From Octopus vulgaris (Eukaryota), in assembly GCA_951406725.2 (NCBI GenBank), contig OX597826.1, positions 23,436,001-23,500,000 of the forward strand: a DNA stretch of 64,000 bases, written 5' to 3'. The translations under genes were made by a program, and so were the position numbers. The notes beneath the pieces are model-generated. The model was not told the DNA's origin, did no database searches, and saw nothing but the letters and a program-made list of their open reading frames with translations. The stretch's first letter is position 1, and each line of letters starts with the position of its first letter. Shown piece by piece: positions 25,526-40,262 of this stretch.

Positions 25526-28500
25526 CTGTTTAAATACTCAACAAATGCAGCAGTTATTCTATGCAGGAGTCCCTAATTTGCACACCATAAAATGTTTAAT
25601 ACTTTATAAACTGTTTAAATACTCAACAAATACAGCAGTATTTCTATGAAGGAGTCCCTAATTTGCATACCGAAAGTGTTTAGCACTATAAACTGTTTAA
25701 ATACTCAACAAAAATGCAGAAGTTATTCTATGAAGGAGTCTCTAATTTGCATACCGAAAATGTTTAACACTTTATAAACTCTTTAAATACTCAACAAATG
25801 GGGCAGTAATTCGATGAAGGAGTCCCTAATTTGCATAACAAAAACGTTTAGCACTCTATAGACAGTTTAAATACTCAACATACGCAGCAGTTATTCTATA
25901 AAGGAGTTCCTAATTTGCATACTGAAAATTCTGAACCCCTCCATAAACTGTGTAAATACTAAACAAATGCAGAATTTATTCCTTAAAGGAGTCCCTAATT
26001 TGCATACCGAAAATTTTTAACCCTCTATAAATTGTTCAAATACTCAACAAATGCAGCAGTTATTCAATTAAGGAGTGCCTAATTTGCATACCAAAAGTTT
26101 TAAACCGCCCTATAAACTCTATATATACTCAACAAAGGCAGCAGTTATTCTATGAAGGAATCCCTAATTTGCATACCGAGAATGTTTAACCCCTCTATAA
26201 ACTGTTTAAATACTCAACAAATGCAGAAGTTATTCCATGAAGGAATCCCTAATTTGCATACCGCATATTTTTAACCCCTCTATAAACTATTTACATACTC
26301 AACAAATGCAGAAGTTATTCTATGCAAGAGACCCTAATTTGCATACCGAAAATTTTTAACCGCTCTTTAAACTGTTTAAAGACTCTACAAATACAGCAGT
26401 TATTCTATGAAGGAGACCCTAAGTTGCATATGGAAAATTTTTAACCCTCTACGTATTGTTTAAATACTCAACAAATGCCTCAATTATTCTATGAAGGAGT
26501 CCCTAATTTGCATTCCGAAAATGTTCAACACTCTATAAACTGTTTAAATACTCAACAAACGTAGCAGTTATTCTATGCAGGGGTCCCTAATTTGCATACC
26601 GAAAATGTTACACACTTTATAAACTGTTTAAATACTCAACAAATGCAGCAGTTATTCTATGCAGGAGTCCCTAATTTGCATGCTGAAAATGTTTAACCGC
26701 TCCATAAACCTTATATACACTAAAAAAATGCAGCAGTTATTCTATGAAGGAGACTCTAATTTGCATACCGAAAATGTTTAACAGCTCAATAAAATCTATA
26801 TATACTCAAGAAAAACAGCAATTATTCTATGAAAGAGACTCTAATTTGCAAACTGAAAATTTTTAACCACTCAACAAATTCTATATATACTTAACAAATG
26901 CAGCAGTTATTCTACGCAGGAGTCGTTAATTTGCATACCAAAAATGTTTAACCACTCTATAAACTCTATATATACTCCACAAGTACAGCAGTTATTCTAT
27001 GAAGGAATACCTAATTTGCATAACAAAAATGTTTAAACGCTCTATAATCTTTATATATACTCAACACATGCAGCAGTTATTCTGTGAAGGGGTCCCTAAT
27101 TTGCATACCGAAAATGTTCAACACTTTATAAACTGTTTAAATGCTTAACAAATGCAGCAGATGATCTATGCAGGAGTACCTAATTTGTATGCTGAGAATG
27201 TTTAACCGCTCCAAAAACCCTATATATAGTCAACTAATGCAGCAGTTATTCTATGAAGGAGACTCTAATTTGCATACCGAAAATGTTTAACAGCTCAATA
27301 AACTCTATATATACTAAACAAATATAGCAGTTATTCTATGAAGGAGACTCTAATTTACATACCGAAAATTTTTAACCGCTTAACAAACTCTATTTATACT
27401 TCACAAATGCAGCATTTATTCTATGCAGGAGTCGCTAATTTGCATACCGAAAATGTTTAACCGCTCTATAAACTCTATATACACTCCACAAATACAGCCG
27501 TTATTCCATGAAGGAGTCCCTAATTTGCATACCGAAAATGTTTAATCGCTCTATAAACTCTATTTATACTCAACAATTGCAGCAGTTCTTCTATGCAGGA
27601 GCCCCTAATTTGCACACCGCAAATGTTTAACCGCTCTATAAACTCTATATATACTCAACAAATGCAGCAGTCATTCTTTGAAGGAGACCGCAATTTGTAT
27701 ACCGAAAATTTCTAACCCTCTATATACTGTTGAAATACTCAACAAATGCAGCAGTTATTCTATGCAAGAGTCCGTAATTTGCATACCGAAAATGTTAAAC
27801 TCTCTATAAACTCTTCAAATACTCAACTAATGCAGCTTTTATTCTATGCAGGAGTCCCTAATTTGCATACTGAAAATGTTTAACCGCTCTATAAACGCTA
27901 CATATACTCAACAAATACAGCAGTTATTATATGAAGGAGACTCTAATTTGAATACAGAAAATTTTTAACCCTATATAAACTGTTTAAGTACTCAACAAAT
28001 GCAGCAGTTATTCTTTGCAAGAGACTGTAATTTACATACCGTAAATGTTAAACACACTATAAGCTGTTTAAATGCTCAACAAATGCAGCAGGTATTCTAT
28101 GCACGAGTCTCTAATTTGCATACCAAAAATGTTTAACCTCTCTATACACTCTATATATACTAAACAAATACAGTAGTTTTTCCATGAAGGAGACTCTAAT
28201 TTGCATACTGAAAATTTTTAACTGCTCTATAAATTCTATATATACTGAAGAAATGCAGCAGTTATTCTATGCAGGTGTCCCTAATTTGCATACCGAAAAT
28301 TTTTAACCGCTCTATAAACTCTATATATACTCCACAAATACATCAGTTATTCTATGCAGGAGTCCCTAATTTGCATACTGAAAATGTTTAACCGCTCTAT
28401 AAACACTATATATACTCAACAAATGCAGCAGTTATTCTATGAAGGAGTCCCTCATCTGCATACCGAAAATACTCAACCTCTCTATAAACTCTATATGTAC

Positions 28501-29608
28501 TCAACAAATGCAGCAGTTATTCTATGCAGGAGTCCCTAATTTGCATACCAAAAATTTTAAACACTCTATAAACTGTATATATATTCAACAAATAAAGCAG
28601 TTATTCTATGTAGGAGACTATAATTTGCATACCGAAAATTTTTAACCGCTCTATAAACTCTATATATACTCAACAAATGCAGCAGTTATTCTATGCAGGA
28701 ATCCCTAATTTGCATACCGAAAAGTTTTAACACTCTATAAACTGTTTAAATACTCAACAAATGCAGCAGTATTTCTATGAAGGAGTCCCTAATTTGCATA
28801 CCGAAAGTGTTTAGCACTATAAACTGTTTAAATACTCAACAAAAATGCAGAAGTTATTCTATGAAGGAGTCCCTAATTTGCATACCGAAAATGTTTAACA
28901 CTTTATAAACTCTTTAAATACTCAACAAATGGGGCAGTAATTCGATGAAGGAGTCCCTAATTTGCATACTGAAAATGTTTAACCGCTCCATAAACTCTAT
29001 ACATACTCAACAAATACAGCAGTTATTCTATGCAGGAGTCCCTAATTTGCAAACCGAAAAGTTTTAACACTCTATAAACTGTTTAAATACTAAACAAATG
29101 CAGTAGTTATTCTATGAAAGAGTCCCTCATTTGCAAACCGAAAATGTTTAACCGCTCTATAAACTCTATATATACTCAACAAATGTAGCATTTATTCTAT
29201 GCAGGAGTCCCAAACTTGCATACTGAAAATGTTTAACCACTCTATAAACTCTATATATACTCAACAAATGTAGCATTTATACTATGAAGATTCCCTAATT
29301 TGCATACTGAAAATGTTCAATCACTCTATAAATTCTATATATACTCAACAAATGCAGCAGTTATTCTGTGCAGGAGTCCCTAATTTGCATACTGAATATG
29401 TTTAACCGCTCTATAATCTCTATATATACTGAACAAATACAACAGTTATTCTATAAAGGAGTCCCTAATTTGCATACTGAAAATGTTTAACCGCTCTATA
29501 AACTCTGTATATACTCAACAAATGCAGCAGGTATTCTATGCAGGAGTCGCTAATTTGCATACTGAAAGTGTTTAACCACTCTATAAACCGTATATATACT
29601 GAACAAAT
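25526..29608. repeat. ~85-bp tandem satellite, about 48 units, in the last intron
   Basis: Consensus CCCTAATTTGCATACCGAAAATGTTTAACCGCTCTATAAACTCTATATATACTCAACAAATGCAGCAGTTATTCTATGCAGGAGT. Unit spacing 82-86 bp; flanked by (CCAT)/(CCGT/CTGT) microsatellites. Confidence 0.97.
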
Positions 29609-29873
29609 CCGTCCGTCCGTCTGTCTGTCTGTCCATCCGTCTGTCCGTCCATCCGTCTGTCCGTCCATCCATCCATCCAGCTAATTCATACATTACAAGT
29701 GCAATACGTGAGAGGAACAGTAAAAATATGCAAGACTTTTCTCAAGTTCCAAATGTTAATATGTCTGTGTTAACCACATCCCAAAGATGAAACCTTGTAT
29801 CTTTGTTGGAAAACGGCTCCCTCCTCAGTAGAAGATTTATGATAATTAAAAAATACAAACAAAGATAGATAGT

Positions 29874-29902
<29 letters not shown>

Positions 29903-29904
<2 letters not shown>

Positions 29905-30321
29905 TTTACTCTTTTACTCTTTTACTTGTTTCAGTCATTTGACTGGGGCCATGCTGGAGCACCGCCTTTAATCGAGCAACTCAACCGCGGGACTTATTCT
30001 TTGTAAGCCCAGTACTTATTCTATCAGTGTCTTTTGCCGAACCGCTAAGTGACGGGGACATAAACACATCAGCATCGGTTGTCAAGCAATGCTAGGGGGA
30101 CAAACACAGACACACAAACACACACACATACACATACATATATATATATACATATATACGATGGGCTTCTTTCAGTTTCCGTCTACCAAATCCACTCACA
30201 AGGCTTTGGTCAGCCCGAGGCTATAGTAGAAGACACTTGCTCAAGGTATCATGCAGCGGGACTGAACCCGGAACCATGTGGTTGGTAAACAAGCTACTTA
30301 CCACACAGCCACTCCTGCGCC
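29903..30321 (-). mobile_element. SINE family 1, full length
   Basis: Reverse complement of the 31169-31585 pattern. Confidence 0.85.
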
Positions 30322-30590
30322 TATATATATATGTGTGTGTGTGTGTGTGGCTGATTCACACATTTATAGCAGTTTTTCTAAACTCTGTAAAAGAACTCGG
30401 ATATTTGGGCTGCCAACCAAGCCTTTTGCGATACCTTTAAAGCCAGGAATTTTCCAGCACCCCCTCTAACACACCCACACCCACAAACACACACGACACT
30501 TCTATGCAGTTTTCACCTTCCAAATTCACTCACAAATCATGGATTCAACCAGCTCCTAATATAATAATGAATATAGTGTTTTTATATATT

Positions 30591-30645
<55 letters not shown>

Positions 30646-30884
30646 TTGTCCAGAATCATGATGGACCCAGAGGAGTAGAGAAAATAGTAATTCAGTGAAT
30701 GAGAAGTGAGAGTAATAGCCCTCACTAAGAGGGAATGAGAGAAAGGAAGGGGTGATAGATGAATAAGGAAGGAAAGGGTGAAAAAAAAGAAATCAGCATT
30801 TCAACTCTGTGTAAGTATATGTGTGCATAAGTATGTGAATGTTTGTATGTGTGATTATTATGTACCTTATTTATATTTAAAATA

Positions 30885-31117
30885 CTTATTTCTTTATTAC
30901 CCACAAGGGGTTAAACACAGAGGGGACAAACAAAGACAGACATAGGTATTAAGTCAATTACATCGACCCCAGTGCATAACTGGTACTTAATTTATCGACC
31001 CCGAAAGGATGAAAGGCAAAGTCGACCTCGGCGGAATTTGAACTCACAATGTAACGACAGACGAAATACGGCTACGCATTTCGCCCGGCGTGCTAATGTT
31101 TCTGCCAGCTCGCCGCT
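30885..31117 (-). mobile_element. SINE family 2, full length
   Basis: Head GGCGAGCTGGCAGAA, GAGTTCAAATTCC, conserved core, 3' end CCCCTTGTGGGTAATAAAG. Confidence 0.8.
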
Positions 31118-31168
31118 ACAATTAGCCATCATGACTGATGGCACATGGTCAGCTAGTAATAAATAACA

Positions 31169-31585
31169 TAGGTGCAGGAGTGGCTATGTGGTAAGTAGCT
31201 TGCTTACCAACCACATGGTTCCAGGTTCAGTTCCACTGCATGGCACCTTGGGCAAGTGTCTTCTACTATAGCCTTGGGTCGACCAAAGCCTTGTGAGTGG
31301 ATTTGGTAGACAGAAACTAAAAGAAGACCGTCATATATATGTACATGTACATATATATGTGTATGTGTATGTGTGTCTGTGTTTGCCCTCCAACATCGCT
31401 TAACAACCGATGCTGGTGTGTTTACGTTCCTGTAACTTAGCGGTTCGGCAAAAGAGACCGGTAGAATAAGTACTAGGCTTACAAAGAATAAGTCCTGGGG
31501 TTGATTTGCTCAACTAAAGCTGGTGCTCCCGTATGGCCACAGTCAAATGACTGAAACAAGTAAAAAGAGTAAAAAAAGAAAAAGA
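31169..31585 (+). mobile_element. SINE family 1, full length (tRNA-derived head)
   Basis: A-box-like TGGCTATGTGG, B-box-like GGTTCAGTTCC, ACCTTGGGCAAGTG core, internal (TA)(TG)n, AAAGAGT-repeat tail. Other copies at ~35140-35340, 37103-37605, 49677-50085, 54429-54870, 54959-55430 and 58975-59145. Confidence 0.85.
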
Positions 31586-31590
31586 GTTAC

Positions 31591-31719
31591 CAGGTTCTGT
31601 TTTCTTCACTTTGCTGCAGGTGTCACAGCAAATGGTCTGTGTTTGGTGTGAGTAACAGCGAGCTATGTCAAGTAAGACTGCTTTACACAAGTAGCTGCTT
31701 TGGTCGCCATAAGGACATG
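31591..31719 (-). CDS. Host gene exon: PLAC-like module 4
   Basis: tttgcag|...G|gtaact, 129 nt, phase 1-1. (A)CPYGDQSSYLCKAVLLDIARCYSHQTQTICCDTCSKVKKTEP. Confidence 0.9.
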
Positions 31720-32053
31720 CTGCAAAGGATACATCAAAATGATAGTAAACAAATTGCATAAAGTGTTATCTCATATGATAAACGATAGTTTCTAACATAG
31801 GTGAAAGGTGTGAAATATTGGGTTTTGAGCAATTGTAGATTATTCGCTACAATATCCCTCTATAGAGGAGTAGAAGTGTTGAAGAGGGAGATGTAGGGGA
31901 TGTGACAGTGGCTGTAATGAGAGGGTATGATGGTGGATATGAGAGGGTGCAGAGAAAGATAGTAAGATTTGTGAGGTGTTAAAATGTAGGATGGCCAAGA
32001 AGAAAGATAACTGAAGGTGCAGAAAGAAGGTGATTGGAGAAAATAGATTCAGT

Positions 32054-32295
32054 CAGTGGTTCTCAACCAGAGTTTATATGACCCTTGGAGGTCCATATAA
32101 GATTCTGTTGTTAAAATTTACATTATACTTGTACAATACACAAAATATCTTAACAATTTTTTGAAATGTTCTTAATGATGTTTAATCTTAAAAATATAAT
32201 AGGAATTTTTTAAACATCGAATGGCTATGGGAGTCCATCTGAGTGAAATAGGAATCAAAGGTGTCCACAGAAAAAAAAATGGCTGAGAATTACTA
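32054..32295. mobile_element. hAT (Charlie/MER5-like) MITE
   Basis: Termini CAGTGGTTCTCAACC ... GGCTGAGAATTACTA; no clear 8-bp TSD. Confidence 0.55.
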
Positions 32296-33599
32296 GTATA
32301 ACTGCAGAAGGGAGGATAAAGCAAACATGGGATGGAAGTGGTTTTAAAGAGGTATTTTTTTTAATGTTGATCTTTAGCCTTGCATTAACATCCACTGGGA
32401 AGCTGATTTCATCTATTGTACACAGTTTCTCTTCTCTATCATCATCATCATATCATCATCGTTTAACGTTTGCTTTCCATGCTAGCATGGGTTGGATGGT
32501 TCAACTGGGGTTTGGGAAACCAGGAGGCTGCACCAGGCTCCAGTGTGATGTGGCAGTGTTTGTACAGCTGGATGCCCTTCCTAACATCAACCACTCCGTG
32601 AGTGTAGTGGGTGCTTTTTACGTGCAACCGGCACTGGGGCCAGAGGAGGCTGGCAATGGCCACGATCAGTTGGTACTTTTTACGTGCCACCAACAAGGAC
32701 TTTGTATGTATATAGAGAGTAAAGGGTCCCCTTTGGTCATGACTGACCATGGGATTGCACCTAGTAAGTTACCTTCTAAGGCACAAGTCCAAGCAAGGTT
32801 GTTTGTGGAAGACTTGCAGTCACCCATGCATACCAGCCTCTGCTCTCCATGCCACCAATGTTATCCAAGGGAAAGGCAAAAGCTGATACAGTTTGGCACC
32901 AGTGATGTCACACCTCATTTCTACAGATGAGTGAACTGGAGCAAAGTGAAATATAGTGTCTTGCTCAGGAAAATTACACAGCCTGGCCCAAGTTCCTTTA
33001 TGTATGTATATATGTATGTATGTATGTATGTATATACATATGTACTTATGTATGTGTGTATGTATGTATATACATGTGTATGTATATATGTCTGTGTGTG
33101 CATGCATATATGTATGTGTGTAGGTATGTATGTATAACAAAATACAATAAAACATTCCTCTATTGATCTGCTGTATTTCAGCAACCAATTGCACTCTGAA
33201 CATCCAATGTAGATGTTGCAAATAACCACAACGGTGAAACATATGTAGGGAACAAATAATACAGACTGCATTTTGTGTTTATCATGATTTCTTGTGTGTG
33301 TGAGTGTGTGTGTGTGTGTAGTGGGGTATATATATGCATGTGTGCTTTACTGTGTATTTTGACTTCAATTTCTTCATTTTCTGGGAACAAACATATTGGA
33401 ATAAATATAGTAAGACTGATGGCCTAAGAGAATTGGTAACTGACAGAAGGAATAAATATAAGTCTGTTGAAGTGGAAAAGGAGGAAATGGTGACTAATGG
33501 AAATGTCACTTTTAGAGCCACCCATGTGGACATTTGGGGTGTCACAATAATGAAAGTGATAGGTTTGGTGTTAGAGACACTTTGAGAACATTAGCACAT

Positions 33600-35800
<2,201 letters not shown>

Positions 35801-35805
35801 ATATA

Positions 35806-37034
35806 AGTAAAACAATTAAGATTCAAGTGAGTTCCAATGAATTCACATGAATGCGGTACTTAACTTAGATGCACCAGAAATCTTTATGGTATTAACCATA
35901 AAATAATGTGGGGTGATTATAAACAAGAAAAAAGCAACAAGAATGGATTAGTTGTTCAGTACAATTGTTTCATACGAAGAACAGATTTATTAAAAGCTGC
36001 AAATATTGCAGCAAATACAAGTGTCCCGTATTCATCAGCCAAAACACATATGAGTTTTCCAAACATCCTAGGGGGTGAGGCTACACTCATGAAGTATCGA
36101 AGAGAGTTCTATGAAAAGCAAAGTTAGATTGTAAGCAGACTTAAATGTTCTCTAATGATGCACAGTCTTATAAAAGGTTTTTAAAAAAGTTTGTTAGCTT
36201 CACAGAAAAGGTAAATCTGTCTATAATAATGCAGGTGTAATTTCCAGAGATATGAGGAGAGATTTTATTCTCAGAGAAGATGAATGTATCCATAATAATG
36301 TAGATGTAATTTCCTGATATATGAGGAGAAGATGTTGATCACACTTCTATTCATTTCACAAAACTACTATGTTGGAAGAAGAGATTGGCTATATTGGCTA
36401 AAAGAAGTCGCAAAAGAAGTCAGTGAAGCAGAAACGGCCCAAATAAGGACATTATGGGAGGAAGGGGGTGTAAGTACACAACCTACAAAGTTTAGTTTAT
36501 TTCTGTGGTGACAGAAAATCTAGGTCAGTGTTGCAGGAATCTAAGATTTATAATTTATAAGAGAAAATTATTTTTGACCATCATACAGCTATTAACTGCC
36601 ACTCCTACAGAGTTAATGGCGGGTTAAAGAATATAAAGAGAACAAAAGAAAGTATCAAAGCAAGCACTAAATCCCGAGAGGTCTGCTCGGGACTTAGTGC
36701 TTGCTTTTTCCATGGGTATGAGTAAGTATTTCATATATATCTCACATATTTATCGCTGAAGAAGGGAAAATTCTTATGAATTAACCCCGAAATTGGGACC
36801 AATACGGTAATAACAGATTTTTTAGAAATTTCTATTGGCTTATTTCAAGACGCATAAATTATAATGGTGATTGACAATTTTGTCTTTTTTTCGGCATATT
36901 TGGCATTAGAATTTTTCTTTTGCCCTAATTTTTTAAATTATTTATAAATTTAACTTTTAAAGGTATTTTTTGATATGCTGGCCATTGATAACATTTTTTT
37001 CTCTGAAAAATAAAAAAATTTTATCCTACATTAG

Positions 37035-37035
<1 letters not shown>
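35806..37035 (+). mobile_element. ~1.2-kb non-coding, structured, hammerhead-bearing element inserted in (TA)n (Penelope-derived/retrozyme-like)
   Basis: Bounded by (TA)n on both sides; no recognisable ORF. Contains a 22-bp hairpin (36657-36707) and a hammerhead fold (36750-36810). Confidence 0.5.
36750..36810 (+). ncRNA. Type I hammerhead ribozyme-like fold
   Basis: TTATCG-CTGAAGA-aGGG aa AATTC ttat GAATT aa CCCc-GAAA-TTGG ga CCAA-TA-CGGTAA. All three stems can be drawn; A.C mismatch at the base of stem II. Confidence 0.7.
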
Positions 37036-37082
<47 letters not shown>

Positions 37083-37261
37083 ATATATGTATATATATAT
37101 ATACGACAGGCTTCTTTCAGTTTCCATCTACGAAATCCGCTCACAAGGCTTTGGTCAGCCCGAGTGGGACTGAACCCAGAACAATGTGGTTTGTAAGCAA
37201 GCTACTTACCACACAGCTACTCCTGTACCTATGTATATATACATACACACACACACATGTA

Positions 37262-37302
<41 letters not shown>

Positions 37303-37828
37303 GACAGAATATAGAGAATGACCAACACTGCTTGTTTGACAGTGACATTCATTTACAACTATCATGTGATATCATGACAAGGAGACACAAACACACACAC
37401 ACATATACATACATACATGTATGTATGTGTGGGTTGTATGTACAATGGGATTCTTTCAGTTTCCATCTACCAAATCCACTCACAAGGCTTTGGTTGGCCC
37501 GAGGCTATAGTAGAAGACACTTGCCCAAGGTGCCACGCAGTGGGACTGAACCTGGAACCATGTGGTCGGTAAGCAAGCTACTTTCCACACAACCACTCCT
37601 GTGCCTATTTATATCAGTTTGTATATCACTTTATATTTATATACTTGTTTATATCAGTTTAAAATTTTACCTGAAGATTGTGGTATATATGTTATGATTT
37701 AATCTGTGAATGCATCAATAAAATTCTACCAGAGCAGCTGTTGTAAATTTTAAACCCTATTTGTGTCCTGATATATATATATATATATATGCCAAATATG
37801 CCAGAGTGGAAAACCTTGTTCAACTGAC

Positions 37829-37957
37829 CTTTATTGTTTTCATTTTTGAACTTGGGACAAGTTTCACAACAGATCCTTTCAATGTCTCGTTGGTAACATG
37901 TGGCAGGCTTAATGTATTTACAGTGAGGTGACATATCACCAAATTCACAACCTGGTG
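37829..37957 (-). CDS. Host gene exon: PLAC-like module 3
   Basis: ttttttag|...G|gtcagt, 129 nt, phase 1-1 (in-frame alternative acceptor 6 nt downstream). (T)PGCEFGDMSPHCKYIKPATCYQRDIERICCETCPKFKNENNK. Confidence 0.9.
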
Positions 37958-38014
37958 CTAAAAAAGAAATATACAACATCAATTGTAATTGAGGCAAGTA
38001 TTTAATTACAATGT

Positions 38015-38265
38015 GGAGGTGCGTGGCTTAGTGGTTAGGGTGTCAGCATCATGATCGTAAAATTATGGCTTTTATTCCTGGACTGGGCGACACGTTGTGT
38101 TCTGGAGGAAAACACTTCATTTCACATTGCTCCAGTCCGCTCAGCTGGCAAAAAGGAATAACGCTGCGATGGACTGGCGTCCCGTCCAGCTGGGAAACAC
38201 ATACGCCATTGAAACTGGGAAACCGGGCCCATGAGCCTGGCTAGGATTTAAAAGGGCGCATTTAA
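38015..38265 (+). mobile_element. tRNA-derived SINE family 3
   Basis: GGAGGTGC..TGGCTTAGTGGTTAGGG head and shared 3' CCCATGAGCCTGGCTA..AAAGGGCGCA; related copy at 51044-51320. Confidence 0.65.
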
Positions 38266-39050
38266 ACATGGAAACATGGGTGTTTTGTTTGAATTCTTAT
38301 TCAGGGACCTTTTGTGCAGGATGGGCTACTTGACCCTAAAAAATTCTAACTGGGCCCCACCTGCAAGTAATGTGCTGTTTATCCTGATGTGAGATCGGCA
38401 CGTCAAGTACACATGGTTGTGATGCATGTGCCTGGTGTACCTTTATCAGGCAGGTAGTTATGATTGGCATATTGGGGTTTGTATATTTGTACCCCAGTGC
38501 CACTTTGATGGCATGTGCTGCTTTCACAGAAATATACAACATCAATCGTAATTGAGGCAAGTATTTAATTACAATAAACTATTGCAATTAGCTATAGCTG
38601 TTATTGAGTTTTAATTAGCCTCAGGTCAGATTGGATCAAGCAGTTTAAACCCAGATCAGTCTGGATCAAGCAGATTAGCTAGGATATTTAGGAAGGTACA
38701 TGGCATCCAAGGTTACTTGCTGTAGCCCAATGTTAATCTGTTGTTCATAAATGAAATAATAATAATAATCCTCAAATAGTGGGGAAGGGATTAAGTCAAT
38801 TACATCGACCCCAGTTCATAACTGATACTTATTTAATCGACCCCGAAAGGATGAAAGGCAAAGTCGACCTCAGTGGAATTTGAACTCTGAATGTAGCAAT
38901 AGGTGAAATACCACTAAGCATTTCATCCAGCATGCTAATGACTGTCAGCTCACCGCTTTATTATTATTAAAAAACTCATTGTTTGAAACTGCAAGACTTT
39001 TTGAAGCATGATCAGTAAAAAAGGCTGAGAGTTTACATCAGAATAATAAC

Positions 39051-39132
<82 letters not shown>

Positions 39133-39137
<5 letters not shown>

Positions 39138-39673
39138 TCAAACTGACAGAAAGATAGATGCGAATAGGCCAGACATCATATTGAAAGACTTCAGACAAAA
39201 AACATGCCTCCTCATTGATATGACTGTCCCAATCAATATAAACGTATCTGTCAAGACCTACCAAAAACTGAGCAAATATAAAGATCTTGAAATAGAAATA
39301 AGCAAAATGTGGAATCTGAAGACTAAAACAATACCTGTTGTCATAGGTGCCCTGGGAATGATAGCAAAAGGGGCTGATTGCTACCTAACTCAGATACCAG
39401 GAGACCCAAAAATAAAAGAAATTCAAAAGATAGTGCTCATGGGAACTGCTCATATCCTACACAAAATACTTCCTATGTAATCTCAAATTTTAAGACAAAC
39501 ATAATTTTTGTATGGTGTTTTAGACATTCACTAGTACAATACTAAGTACAAAACCAAATATATGGTGCCCTAGACATAACACCAACATGAACTTCCAACT
39601 TGTCTTTTGAGATCTCTGGGTGAGACTTGGAGCCAACTTGTACACTTGTACAAATGTAAAGCAAAAGTCAAAC

Positions 39674-39677
<4 letters not shown>
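39133..39677 (+). mobile_element. Dong-type subfamily A 3' fragment
   Basis: RLE segment QTDRKIDANRPDII..KLSKYKDLEIE plus 3'UTR, between (TAA)n tracts. Confidence 0.88.
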
Positions 39678-39721
<44 letters not shown>

Positions 39722-39745
39722 TGATGATGATGATGATGATAATAA

Positions 39746-40155
39746 TTAAGGCCAATATGTCAGAGATCATGAAGAAGAAAAGTACTTTCTAAATGATGTA
39801 TCAATGCCAACAGATGACAACGTTTCTCTAAAAGAAATGGAGAAACTTTCAAAATACAAAGACCTTGAAATAGAGGTAACTCGAATGTGGGGCTTAAAAA
39901 CAGAAACAATTCCTATCATAGTAGGTACATTATGTATGATAAAAAAATATTCAGACAAATATATAACAAAAACATCAAGACTAGCAAAAATATATAACAT
40001 ACAGAAAATAGCACTACCAGGCACCGCACACATCCTATGTAAAACACTTTCAATACAGTATCAATAAGAGCATCACAACAAACCACAGCACATATCCAAG
40101 GCAGACAGGGCTGTATTCGGTAGTACAGTGAAAGCACGTTATAAAAACAAGACTA

Positions 40156-40160
<5 letters not shown>
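39746..40160 (+). mobile_element. Dong-type subfamily B 3' fragment
   Basis: DVSMPTDDNVSLKEMEKLSKYKDLEIEVTRMW with a distinct 3'UTR; between (TAA)n tracts. Confidence 0.8.
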
Positions 40161-40210
<50 letters not shown>

Positions 40211-40219
40211 TTAATAGTA

Positions 40220-40261
<42 letters not shown>

Positions 40262-40262
<1 letters not shown>

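Noticed and set aside
25526-29608. Satellite as a C2H2 zinc-finger array (84 nt = 28 aa) or as a CRISPR array
   Set aside because: The unit is mostly 85 bp, has frequent stops and lacks CxxC/HxxxH or TGEKP. There are no unique spacers or cas genes, and the context is eukaryotic.
31169-31245. tRNA genes at SINE heads
   Set aside because: A/B-box-like motifs are present, but no cloverleaf is evident and each is followed by a SINE body.
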